A stretch of DNA of 64,000 nt. It comes from the human T2T-CHM13v2.0 reference genome, Homo sapiens. Under the pieces are notes generated by a model. It worked only from the letters and a program-made list of their open reading frames with translations. It was not told the origin of the DNA and searched no databases. The position numbers and the translations under genes are program-made. Positions within the stretch are counted from its first letter, which is position 1. Every line of letters starts with the position of its first letter. Location: NCBI RefSeq assembly GCF_009914755.1, contig NC_060928.1; one strand, given 5' to 3'. This document shows, piece by piece, positions 1 to 13,148 of the stretch.

Positions 1-279
1 AAGTGGAGAACCTGAAAGGCAGTAGCAGATGGAACCAGGCCTTGTGTGACTTCAGACCTATAAGATAAAATTGTTTTAGATATTCTCCTTAAGTTCATAT
101 ACATTTGATCACTTTCTGTTTTCTGAAGAAATTCTTGATACCAGACAATGACTGTAAATAGCCGTGGCCACTTTAATGGTTACGATGTCTCCTCACTTTG
201 GCCTGTGGTATCTCAGGGACCAGTATATTGTGACTTGCTAAGAGATCTCATAATGTATATTTAAAGAACTAGGAAGATT

Positions 280-648
280 TTTTTGATTTCATAATCATAG
301 AAAAGAGATTGCACCAATTACTATTGTCTCTCCCAAGTTAAGATTACTAGCATTGGAGTTATGTTTATACCTGCACATGTTGATTTCACCATTTTTCATT
401 AACTATGAAATTTTTGTTTTGAAATTCATCATAGCAGAAAGACAAAAATACACATACTATAGAATCTTTATTGTAGGTGCAATTTTCTTTCCCAAGGCAG
501 CATTATTACTAGCATTGAAATTATGTTTCTTTTTTATGTTTATGCCCACACGTTTTTATCATTTTTTTACTAGCCATGAAATTTTGATTTTGAAATTTAT
601 CACAGCAGAAAAATGGATGTTCACACATTATAATATCTCAGTTGTAAT
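280..648. repeat. Degenerate tandem repeat, ~162-171 bp period, ~2.3 copies
   Basis: ATTACTAGCATTG at 343 and 505; ATGAAATTTT..TTTTGAAATT.ATCA.AGCAGAAA at 405 and 576; CCCAAG precedes both ATTACTAGC copies. Confidence 0.75.
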
Positions 649-1599
649 CAGCTGAGCATTGGTATAAGCCATGACTTCCAAATGTTGGGAACAGATGCTC
701 TATGCTAATTTTTATTCCTCTTATCTCCTGTGGAGAAGATTAGGTTGTTATGCAGAAAATGTGGGTCACCCTTTTAGGCATGAAATAGAATGGATTGCTC
801 TACCATAAACATGATGAATGCTTATACAAGATATGGCTGCCATAATTTATGCTGTACCTGTAAAGTTTCTCTTTAGAGCATATTAAAATTCCACTATTCC
901 TGTCAGACAGTATTTTAAATATCATTATATAAGATATGTAGCTTATGTTTTGTGCATTTCCTTTACTTACATCCTAGCTGGTCTATCCCATAAATTAAGA
1001 ACTTTAAATATGCCATTTAGAAAATGTATCTGATCCTCATGATTTCTGCGATATTAGCTGGCTTTCTAAGGATTTTGTTTCCTAAGTCACTGACCCCTGG
1101 AATCTTCTAAATGAATACTATTACTACAAGTGTTTAAATTCTTTTGGCATGGGCATTAATATCAAAGACATTATTTTGGTTTTCCATGCTTTTTATAATA
1201 ACACATCAGAGTTATGATTGGTGCATTCCCTATATTGCATTTTTCAAAATGGTTCTCTCTTTTCATTGATTTACTTGACTATATGCTTGTTTGCAGTTTT
1301 CATTACTATTCCATCTGGGTGGGCCAATTAAGAAAGGTAAATTTGCATTTTAGCCCTTAACAGTAACAAATCAGGGCATTATTTATAAATATGTTTAAGT
1401 TGAACCTACACATCAGTGTTGATAAGGGTCAGTCTCTAGAAAGCCATTAGAGTGTTTTTTGAGTCTCTTTATACTGCAGCTTAGCACATTGGAAGATGAG
1501 AACCATTTATCAGTACTGATATATTGAGTTGTTAGAGGTTTATATACCTGGCAGAAAGAGCTTTCTATTGGAAAGCTTGGTATTTGTGAAAGATGACAT

Positions 1600-2120
1600 T
1601 CATCATCCATATGTTCAGCAAATATTTATTAAGAACTTCTGATATGCTTGGTAATGGTCTAGTGACTGATAATTCAAGAAATAAAATCTTGGCTACTATG
1701 GAGCTAATAGGTGAAGACAATAACCAAAGAACATATAAGTATATGATAACTCTGGTAGCAATAAGTGTTATAAAAATACTAGTACAAGCATAGCGTGACT
1801 GGGACTACTTTTGATGGAGTACCAGAGAAAGCTTTTTGAGCAAATGGCATTAAGGCTGAGGTTTAAAAATAAGGAAAATAAGGGGTGCGAAAATCCAAGA
1901 AAATAGTGGTGTGGCTGGATTAAGGAAGTGAATAGTAGAAAATCAGGTTGGAGATTCAGGCAAGGGCCAAATCATGGGGGCCTTGGGAGCCATTGCAAGG
2001 AATTAGTCTTTTATTTTCATTGTAATTGAAGCCATTGGGGAGTTTTAAGCAAGGAGAGATACATAATCTAATGAATTCTAAAAACATCACTCTGGCTTCG
2101 ATGGGGAAAATGGAGAGAGG
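1600..2120 (-). mobile_element. L2 LINE fragment (3' end)
   Basis: TTCAGCAAATATTTATTAAG and GAAGCCATTGGGGAGTTTTAAGCAAGG..ATCACTCTGGCT resemble the L2 3' region in antisense. Confidence 0.65.
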
Positions 2121-2196
2121 GTAGTGTGGATACCTTGGAAACTTACTTTTCTGCATCACCAGGGAAAACAGGCAGGCACATGGATGAGCATGACAG

Positions 2197-2869
2197 TGTA
2201 TTAGTCTGTTCTCACGCTGCTAATAAAGAAATATCTGGAACTGGGTAATTTATGAAGGAAAGAGGTTTAATGGACTCACAGTTCCACACAGCTGGGGAGG
2301 CCTCACAAACATGGCAGAAGGTGAAGGAGGAGCAAAGGCATGTCTTACATGGCAGTGGGCAACGGAGGCTGTGCAGGGGAACTGCCTGTTTATAAAAAAA
2401 TCAGATCTAGGCTGGGCGCAGTGGCTCACACCTTCAGCACTTTAGGAGGCTGAAGCAGGTGGATCACCTGAGGTCAGGAGTTCAAGACTAGCCTGGTCAA
2501 TGTGGTGACACCCTGGCTCTACAAAAATACAAAAATTAGCTGGGCATGGTGGCACATGCCTGTAATCTCAGCTACTCAGGAGGCTGAGGCAGGAGAATCA
2601 CTACTGCCCGGGAGGCAGTAGTTTCAGTGAGCTGAGATCCTGCCACTGCCCTCTAGCTTGAGACACAGAGCAAGACTCTGTCTCAAAAAAATTAATAGTA
2701 ATAATGGTCAGATCTCATGAGACTTACTCACTATCACAAGAACAGCATGGGCAAAACCTGCCCTCATGATTCAATTACCTCCCACCAGGTCCCTCCCACT
2801 ACATGTGGGGGATTATGGGAGCTACAATTCAAGATGAGATTTGGGTGGAGACACAGCCAAACTATATGA
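2197..2869 (-). mobile_element. THE1 (MaLR) solo LTR interrupted by an Alu
   Basis: TGTATTAGTCTGTTCTCACGCTGCTAATAAAG ... CAAGATGAGATTTGGGTGGAGACACAGCCAAACTATATGA; flanks GACAG/GATGG fit a CpG-decayed GACGG 5-bp TSD. Confidence 0.9.
2410..2706 (+). mobile_element. Alu (AluS-like) inserted in the THE1 LTR
   Basis: GGCTGGGCGCAGTGGCTCA start, dimeric Alu structure, A-tail, TCAGATCT duplicated at both ends. Confidence 0.95.
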
Positions 2870-2960
2870 GATGGTTATCTTACCTCTTTGTATACTTGAA
2901 AATCTGAAAATGTCATTTCAGCTGGCACTTGAGGCTTCTGGAGCATATTAGGTTTATGCT

Positions 2961-2962
<2 letters not shown>

Positions 2963-3010
<48 letters not shown>
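2963..3010. repeat. (AC)24 microsatellite
   Basis: Perfect AC dinucleotide run. Confidence 0.99.
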
Positions 3011-3012
<2 letters not shown>

Positions 3013-3274
3013 TATTTGATGAAAGTCTGAAGTTCTTTATAATGTAACTCTGTTTGATGCCTTCAGTCACTTTTCTAGTCTCCTGTCAGCCTTGTCCTTG
3101 AGGTTTCTTATTCCTCTATAAATCATCTACATCAGAAAACATTTTTCTTTTTAAGATTTCCCCCTTTTAAAGATATTCTGTCTGAAGTCTGTTTGTCAGA
3201 TTAAATCTCCTAAATGAGAATAGGTAAAGGGGAAAATAAGAAATAAAATGTAATGCATAAAGCCAAATAAACCA

Positions 3275-3755
3275 AGTTAAAGAAAAACCAGAGCTTCACA
3301 GTAAAGTGATAAAACCAGATTTTATTCAGGAACTATTGCAATAGGAGAAAAGAGACCTAAGTATAGAACTAGACTCAATTCTGAATACAGCAAGGACAAG
3401 TGAGGATTTATAGTCAAGGAGCAGGGTGGGGTCATTGAAAGGAAAATTACTAAGAGGAAATATTGGGGTAAAGGGGGATTCTGGTTAAACTGACTTGACA
3501 AGATTCTTGCCGAAGGCAGGCTGGGCGGGGGTCCAGTTATCCCCTGGGGGAATGTCTGGGAAAAGAAATTTGATTTTATCGAGTGATCAAAAATGGAGGG
3601 TGGGGGATTCTTTCTGAACTGACTTAACAGGATTCTTGCTGAAATTGGGTGATCCAGGCCCATCAATGATGTCCACTGAAGCCCAAAGTCAAAGCTTACT
3701 TGAAAAGAAGGTTTAGAAACCTGACTAATGTTTGGTCAACAAGAACATCTTTGAA
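3275..3755 (-). mobile_element. MER31-like ERV1 solo LTR
   Basis: TTTATTCAGGAACTATTGCAATAGG (polyA signal on minus strand), internal duplicated GGGGGATTC..AACTGACTT.ACA.GATTCTTGC, CCTGACTAATGTTTGGTCAA end. Confidence 0.75.
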
Positions 3756-5029
3756 ATCAGGAAGGAACATATATATATATATTGCTACCGTTTTTCTGTT
3801 AACATGATAGGGCCAGACTAATCACTTGCAGACTGCAGCTTCCAGGGAAAATCATGATACAATTTTTATTCAGAGGAAATGCATTAAGTGAATTTTAAGG
3901 GCAGTTTTCAGGGGAAAAGAGGGAGACAAAATGTTATAGGAAAGCCACATCCAGTTTTTTGGAAGGATATATAAAAAACAGAAGCAATTAAACCAGTTAT
4001 ATCTTCAATATATTGATAATCTGAGATGCGGTGGATAGTTATGTAAGTATTTTCAGCACCACTAAGTGCTCCATTTATTCTAGGAAAATGAACTATGGTG
4101 TCTACTGCATTCACAACCTTTGCAACAACTCTACTCATGCACTTCATTGCCATACTCACAGAAAATGCAAAAAAGATGAGCCAAAAAGTCATATTTTATA
4201 TCTATGACCCTGCCCCCTTTGCTACAGATATTGGATTGTAAGCACTTGATCAAATGGTAGCCAATGCCTAGATTATTTGTTATCTATGACATGCATGGCT
4301 TTGCATGAAATGATGATCTGAGCTAATCACATTCTTACTCTCATTGACATGAATTGAGGAAAGAGAGGAGCAGGCAATTAATAGTAGATTTGAAGCTGAA
4401 GGTTACATGCAGAGAATCCCTTGACATGGATTTGGAACCATGTATAAGGAATTAAGTTTAGGCCTGTGAAAGGTCAGCACTATCTGAGTTATAATCAGAA
4501 GCTATCAGGGAGAGAAAACATCTAGAATACAGAGAGAAAAAAATAAACTAAATGGTGTGGTAGGTAAAAGATAGCTACAAATTATTTGACACTTTTTCTT
4601 CCCCAAAAGTGGGGTACTATTTCTTTTTCCTGTTAATCTGAGTGGGTTTTTTTTTTTAATTTTTTGGTTGCTTGACCAATAGAATACAGTGGAAGTGACC
4701 CTGTGCCATTTTGGAATCTCAAGAGATTGTTTGCTTTCAATTCCTGTCTCTGAATATTTGTGCTAGAAACCAAGCCAATTGGCTATGCTTCTCTATGAGA
4801 AGACACATACGGAGGTGGAGAACTAAGGCCTCTCACCAACAGCCTGGGATGAACTCCTAGTCAACGGCAGCACCGATTTGCCAGGCATGTGAGTCAGCCC
4901 TCTGGAAAGCAGATTCTGCAGATGCAGTTGAGCTGCCCTAGCTGACACCACATGGAACAGAACCGAGCCATCCGCATCCAGCCTGGCCAAATTGTGGGCT
5001 CATGGGAAAAATCGATGACTGTTGTTTAT

Positions 5030-6460
5030 TTTTACTTCTTATTATTTTTTAATTGTGGTGAAATACACATAAAATTTACTATCTGAACCAGTTTAAAGTA
5101 TACCATTCAGTGGCATGCAGTACATTCACATTGATGTGTGACCATTACTACTATTCACCTTCAGAACTGTTTGGTTTATGAAACTGAAATTCTATACCCA
5201 TTAAACAACTCTCCATTCCCCTCTTCCCCCAACCCCTGGCAGCTACCATTCTAATTTCTATCTATATGAATTTGATTACTCTAGTTACCTCATTAAGTGG
5301 AATCATACAGTATTTGTCTTTTTATGACTGGCTTATTTCACTTAGCACAATGTCCTCAAGATTCATCTATGCAGCAGCATGTGTTGGAATTTCCTTCTTT
5401 TTTCAGACTTCATTGTATGTATATAACACGTTTTTTTTTTTTTGAGACAGGGTCTCACTCTGTCACCCAGGCTGGAGTGCAGTGGTGCAATCATGGCTCA
5501 TTGCAGCCTTGACCTCCTTGGTTGAAGTGATCCTCCCACCTAAGCCTTCTCAGTAGCTGGAACCACAGCCATGTGCCACTGGGTTCACCTAATTGTTTTT
5601 TGTAGAGACAGGGTCCCACTTCATTGCCCAGGCTGGTTATGAACTCCTGGCCTCAAGCAATCCTCCCATCTTGGCCTTTTAAAGTGTTGGGATTACAGGC
5701 ATGAGCCACTTTTCTTGGCCTATACCACATTGTAAAAATATAACACATTTTGTTTATTCATTCATCCAAAGATGGATACTTGGGTTGCTTCCATTTTTTG
5801 GCTCTTGTGAATAATGTTGCTGCAAACATGGATGTACAAATATCTGCCTGAGTCCCTGCTTTCAATATTTTTGGATATACATACCCAGAAATTGATTTGT
5901 TTGATCATAAAGCAATTCTGTTTTTGATTTTTTAAGGAGTTGCCAGGTTGTTTTCCACAGTGACTGTACCGATGTACATTTCCACTACAGTGTACTATTG
6001 CTCAAATTTCTCTATCACTTCACTAACACTTGTTGTTTCCTGTTTCTGTTTTTTGAGGGTAGCTATCGAATGAGTGTGAAGTAGTATCCCATTGTGATTT
6101 TGATTTGCATTTCCCTAATGATTAGTAATGTTGAGCCTCTTTTTATGTGCTTATTGGCCATTTGTGTATTTTCTTTGGAGAAATGACAATTCAAGTCCTT
6201 TGTCCATTTTTTAATCAGGTTGATTTTTTGGGGGAGGTTGCGGTTCTTGATATGTAGGAATTCTTCATATGTTCTAGATATTAAGCCCCTATAGATACTA
6301 AGATTTGCAAATGTTTTATTTCATTCCATGGATTTGCCTTTTCACTCTGGTGTGTCCTTTGATGCACAGACATTTTACATTTTGTTGTAGTTCAGTTCAT
6401 CTATTTTTCCTTTTGTTGCCTGTGCTTTTGGTGTCATATCAGAGAAATCATTGCCAAATC
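5030..6460 (-). mobile_element. L1M (L1MB-like) 3' fragment
   Basis: Antisense L1 3' motifs: AAGTGGAATCATACAGTATTTGTC, GATTTGCATTTCCCTAATGATTAG, CTTTTGGTGTCATATC. Confidence 0.85.
5431..5720 (-). mobile_element. AluJ
   Basis: polyT then GAGACAGGGTCTCACTCTGTCACCCAGG; J-type CATGGCTCA.TGCAGCCTTGACCTCC and AAGCAATCCTCCC. Confidence 0.93.
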
Positions 6461-6624
6461 TTGTTGGTGTTTTCTTAGTCCTCTGAATTTTGGCATGGTT
6501 TGTACATTGCAATAGATAATCAACAATGAGGCATGAGAAATAAGCAGATATGCCACTACAAAGATATCATGAATCTTAAGAGAGATAGAGAGAAGAAGTA
6601 TTTCTTAGAACTATGGTGGACCCA

Positions 6625-7041
<417 letters not shown>

Positions 7042-7700
7042 TCACTTTTCCGTGTTACCAGAAGAGACCAAATCAGCATGAGTTCTTCCTCTTTCTTTGA
7101 GTAGTTGTGCAGTTTCAGTCACCTGGAACTACCAATAACTCGTTTCCCAAAGGGTGGAATGCTACAATGGCATGGACTGTGGTGCTAAAATGCCACATGC
7201 AAGACAGCTATTAGATGGGGTCAGTGATGCTTCAGACTCAAGGCAGTATTTGAAATTAGCTATTTAGCCCACTTCCATGTTTATTTACTCAATTACGATG
7301 GCTGTGGAAAATGTTGTCTCATTTTGACCACACATGCTGCCTCAGAATCTTAAATTTAATTTGTGGAATGAGACAACATAATATCTAGTGAAAATATTTC
7401 AGTTGCTATACTTTTCAAATTTTTGATCTAGAAAATTTACATTTGTATGTTAAGTCATTTGTTTTCTATGTATATTATACTAAAGGGATTGGTTACTTTT
7501 GACTAGTTTTGGTATACCCATACAAAATAGACTGGTACTCCTTAGTTTAATTTATTTTCACTTTCCAGAAACAAAGTGGCAGTTGCAAAAATATTTAATG
7601 GGATTGAAAATTTAGTAAATTCCTAAAAGTTCAGATGTTCCAGAGCTTCATAACCCTGTATGTTCATAAATTAGTTTATTTTCAGATAAATCACCACTTA

Positions 7701-8126
<426 letters not shown>

Positions 8127-8467
8127 TCACAAGCTAACAGAAAAATTGCTTTTAACTATTAGCTCTAAGCTCCTATTCTATCCAGCTTCTTATCAATAAC
8201 AAAGTCTGTTATCTTCCATTTGTCCATATTCCTACCTTGAGTCTCGGAAGGGAAAAATGAGGAACATCAAAATAATTAGAAGATAGGGAAGAACACAAGG
8301 ATTAAGACAGATAATTGTCATAACCAAACATTCATTCCTTAAATATTTAAGTTGTATATATGAAGGATCATGACCAATGTTAATATGTGAAGGAGATTTA
8401 TGTGGGGAAATGTGTTTCTGTGTATTATACAGACTGTAGGAAAGTACAGCAACAGTTCTCTGTCTTC

Positions 8468-8755
8468 TTTTTGAGACACAGTCTTGCTCTGTCACCCAGG
8501 CTGGAGTGCAGTGGTGTGATCTTGGCTCACTGCATCCTCTGCCTCCCAGGTTCAAGTGATTCTGGTGCCTCAGCCTCTTGAGTAATTGGGAGTACAGGTG
8601 AACGCCACCATTCCTGGCTAATTTTTGTATTTTTGGCAGGGACGAGGGTTTCACCATGTTCACCAGGCTGGTCTCAAACTCCTGACCTCAAGTGCTTCAC
8701 CCGCCTCAGCCTCCCAAAGTGCTGGGATTACAGATGTGAGCCACCTTGCCCGGCC
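8468..8755 (-). mobile_element. AluS
   Basis: TTTTTGAGACACAGTCTTGCTC...GAGCCACCTTGCCCGGCC. Confidence 0.95.
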
Positions 8756-8761
8756 CTAGAG

Positions 8762-8939
8762 TAATAGTTCTTAAGCACAGCTGCATAATATTAGCATTAA
8801 CTGGGAAGCTTTTAAAATACCCGTGCTCAGATCCCACCTCATATCCTCAAGTCAGAATATCTGGAGATGAGATACCATCAAAGATATTTTTAAAAGTTCC
8901 CCAGATAATTCTACGAGCATGTGGAGTAGAGAACAACTG
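8762..8939. mobile_element. MER5-like hAT-Charlie MITE
   Basis: ~180 bp with degenerate inverted ends and CTGGGAAGCTTTTAAAATAC..TTTTAAAAGTTCCCCAG inverted motif. Confidence 0.6.
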
Positions 8940-9532
8940 GACAGGAGAATAGGGTCTATATTTGTACATTTTACAAAAGGCTAACTACACTTCGAGTGCT
9001 CATCAAACATTAAGGACGCCTCTATTGAACTAGGTCTTTTAGTAACAGATGAAGCCTCAATTAGGTAGCTAGCCACTCTATTCTATAGTGCTCTCTGTTT
9101 TGAAGTTCACACAGATAAGATGAACGGTATCCATGACAACGGCAGATGTGATTCATCCCTTCCTTAGCTTTCAGTTCCTTTGGGACATTCTCTTCCCTAG
9201 GATGACATTTGGGGCAGCTCATATACTCACTCAGCCATCTGGCATAGCTGGTTATTTGAATACTTCTTCATCTAACACCTTTTTAACATTACAATCCTAA
9301 GGCTATGTCTTAGGCATGATATCAGTTCACATGCACTTTTAAAATATGTCACAACATTTGCATGGTTATTAATGGGCTCTTCAAACATTTAGTGAATATT
9401 TATTGAATGGCTAATAACTAAAGGTATATCCTTGCCCTCAAGACTCTTTTATTCTAAGTGCTAATATGAATACTCAATTTTACACCATCACATTTATTGT
9501 ATAATTTAGGTTCTCATGCTTATATATAATAC

Positions 9533-10245
<713 letters not shown>

Positions 10246-10265
10246 ATGATGATGATAATAGGTAC

Positions 10266-10658
10266 TGATACAGCAGGAGTATCACCATCTTCGACAAGCA
10301 CTGTCATTTTAAAATTCACCTCGATCAAAACCTGCCTAAATCCCATAAACCACAAATATCTCTGACCAGAAACATTCCAAACCCCTCCCCAACCACAGAC
10401 ATGCCAGCCCCAAGATAACATTCCCTCCACCCAAAGGCATTGCAACCCCACCATAAACTTCTCCCTGACACAGAAACATGCCAAGCTTGTGATAAGCCCC
10501 CTCACCCAAAAACCAATATATACTCTTAGTCTGTAAGACAGAATGCTCCTGACCGAAATCAGCCAGAAGCCCCCATCAGGTTGATTTCTCTAAAATAAAC
10601 TTGTCCTTGACTGTTCAGTTGCATTTCGTGTTTCTTTCCTCTTTCTTTAACTCTTACA
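10266..10658 (+). mobile_element. Solo LTR (LTR47-like, ERVL class; family tentative)
   Basis: TG...CA termini, AATAAA near the 3' end, perfect 5-bp TSD GGTAC. Confidence 0.8.
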
Positions 10659-10679
10659 GGTACATGACATTTCTTATTT

Positions 10680-10804
10680 TTGTTTTTCAAGATCAGGTCT
10701 CGCTATGTTGACCAGGCTGGTCTCAAACTCCTGGCCTCAAGTGATCCTCCCATCTTGACCTCCCAAAGTGCTAGAATTATGGGCATGAGCCACTGCACTC
10801 AGCT
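10680..10804 (-). mobile_element. FLAM / Alu left monomer
   Basis: Single-monomer Alu sequence GGTCTCGCTATGTTGACCAGG...GAGCCACTGCACTCAGC. Confidence 0.85.
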
Positions 10805-10819
10805 AATAGGTACACTATA

Positions 10820-11010
10820 TTGAGTGCTTACCATGTGCCAGACACTTTGCTACTTAGTTTGATCCTATGAGGAAACTACTGCCACTGTATTTATCATATA
10901 GATGAGGAAAATGAGACATAAAAATAGCTTGTCCAAGTCACAAAGCTAATAAGGTTAATCCTACAATTTAAACCCGGATCTACCTGGCTCATAGCCCTTG
11001 CCCTTAACCA
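10820..11010 (-). mobile_element. MIR
   Basis: GAGTGCTTACCATGTGCCAGACAC..AGATGAGGAAAATGAGAC..CTTGTCCAAGTCACA core. Confidence 0.75.
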
Positions 11011-11898
11011 CCCCAAAGCTCCACAAATATTCTTTTGTGAGTTTTCTTTCTGTTGTCCTCTGACGTATACTGCTAAGGAGGAATGACACCCTGTTGCAAC
11101 TTAGAAAGAAGAATTTTTTATAATTTGCAGTGTTTCATTTAATATTGACTTGAAATGCTGTGGGCAACTGCATTTTAATGGGTTAAATTCAGAGCAAAGA
11201 TCTGTCTTCATCTACTGGAAAAATTTCATTAGAATTAAATGTGCCTCTGCTTCTTACTATTTAAAATGGAGATACTGCTCACTAATGGTTTGTAAAGTGT
11301 TTTGAGATCTCCACATGAAAAAACTCCAAGTAGAGATGTCATTATGCTGATATAAATAATTAAGTCAATTAACTTTAATCCCTTTGAATAATGTAAAATA
11401 CGAATATAACTTCTTGGCTCTTCTAACTTAATTGCATAGGTAATATTATGAGTATAAAGGTGATGTTGTCAGGAGAGTTGGCTGAAAAGCAGTTAGAATG
11501 GAAGTAATGATCTTACCGTTCAAAAGAACTGAGAAAATCAGTCCCATATTTTCCTTCAGTACAGTACCCTCTTGTCTTTCATGTCCCTGGTTCACTCAGC
11601 ATTTATTTTAATTAATTATTTAGTTAACTAGCAGTCACTCATTCAAAAAGTTTTGTTGAGCACTTCTAATGTGCGAGGTGGGTAACTAACATCTGTTTAG
11701 AACTTTATAAAGCAACTTCACATATATCTCATTTATCTTTGCTCCTGTTCTGAGATAGAGAGTATTAACTCTTTTGTCCATATACACTTATTATTTTTGT
11801 TCATTTTTCTACTTTTTCAAATGTTACTTTTGTTTCTGTATAATTGTTTCTATATAAACTGAAGATTAGGCTCCCTTCAGAGACAACTTAACTGCTGA

Positions 11899-12222
<324 letters not shown>

Positions 12223-12411
12223 TAGTTTTCACTAGTATCTTGTTTTGCTTGGTCTTCCCATTTCAGTTAGCAAGAAAATCAGTATTATATTGGTTCTTAC
12301 CATTTCCTTCAGAAAGTATCAATTATTAGATCAGAGTATCAGATTTTTGGAAAATTATTTGTGAGAAAATGTTATGTGATGGAAAGAAAAACTTAATTAA
12401 GCTTTACTTAG

Positions 12412-12827
12412 TGTGACTGGTGGATGGTGTCCAGGTTCTTTGGCATTTTGAATAAAGAATTGGACAAAATGCACAAATGAAGCAAGGAAAGAATGAAGCC
12501 ACAAAAGCAGAGATTTATTCAAAAGGAAAGCACACTCCACAGGGCAGGAGTAGGCCTGAGCAAGTGGTTCAAGGGCCTGGTTACAGAATTTTCTGAGGTT
12601 TAAATATCCTCTAGAGCTTTCCCACTGGTTACTTGGTGTATACCCTATGTAAATGAAGAGGCTGAAGTGAAGTTACAAAGTGATTTACTTTGTGTACACC
12701 TTCTGCAAATAAAGAGGATGCTTCCTGTCATAGCTGACTTGATCTTAGAAAGTTGGGGATTATCTGTTTGATTTAGTTCTGGGAAGACCTTAGGTTCCCT
12801 GCCCCCAGACTCTACTCTCTTGCCTCA
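12412..12827 (-). mobile_element. MER61-like ERV1 solo LTR
   Basis: Minus strand starts TGAGGCAAGAGAGTAGAGTCTGGGGGCAGGGAACC and ends CCTGGACACCATCCACCAGTCACA; 4-bp TSD TTAG. Confidence 0.85.
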
Positions 12828-13148
12828 TTAGTATTTAAGTGAAGTGTTTGACATGGTGCACTATTACATAAGAGAGGATAAAATTATAAAGGCATGGGAG
12901 AGAATATTTGAAAAAGGAATTCAAACCTGACCAGCTGTTTTAGTCTGTTCAGGCTGCCATAACAACAACCATAAACTAGGTGGTTTGTAAACAGCAGAAA
13001 TGTATTTCCCATAGTTCTGAAGTCTGGAAAGTCCAAGATCAAGGTGACTGCTGATTTCCTTTGTGGTGGGGGCTTAATTTCTGTTTCATAGATTGTGCCT
13101 TCTAGCTGTGTTTTCACAAGGTGGAAGGGTCAAATGAGCTTCCTCAGG

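Larger units (their letters stand above)
4557..6525 (+). mobile_element. MLT1 (F/G-type) MaLR LTR split by an L1M insertion
   Basis: 5' part 4557-5027 (TGTGGTAGG..GCTTGACCAATAGAATACAGTGGAAGTGAC..); 3' end resumes at ~6462 (GGTTTGTACATTGCAATAGATAATCAACA). Confidence 0.7.

Noticed and set aside
353-655. 100-aa ORF with an internal repeat as a real protein
   Set aside because: Non-ATG (TTG) start, F/I/L-rich composition typical of AT-rich non-coding DNA; the repeat reflects the DNA duplication
1508-1521. Perfect 14-bp palindrome TATCAGTACTGATA
   Set aside because: Several palindromes of this length are expected by chance in 64 kb of AT-rich DNA
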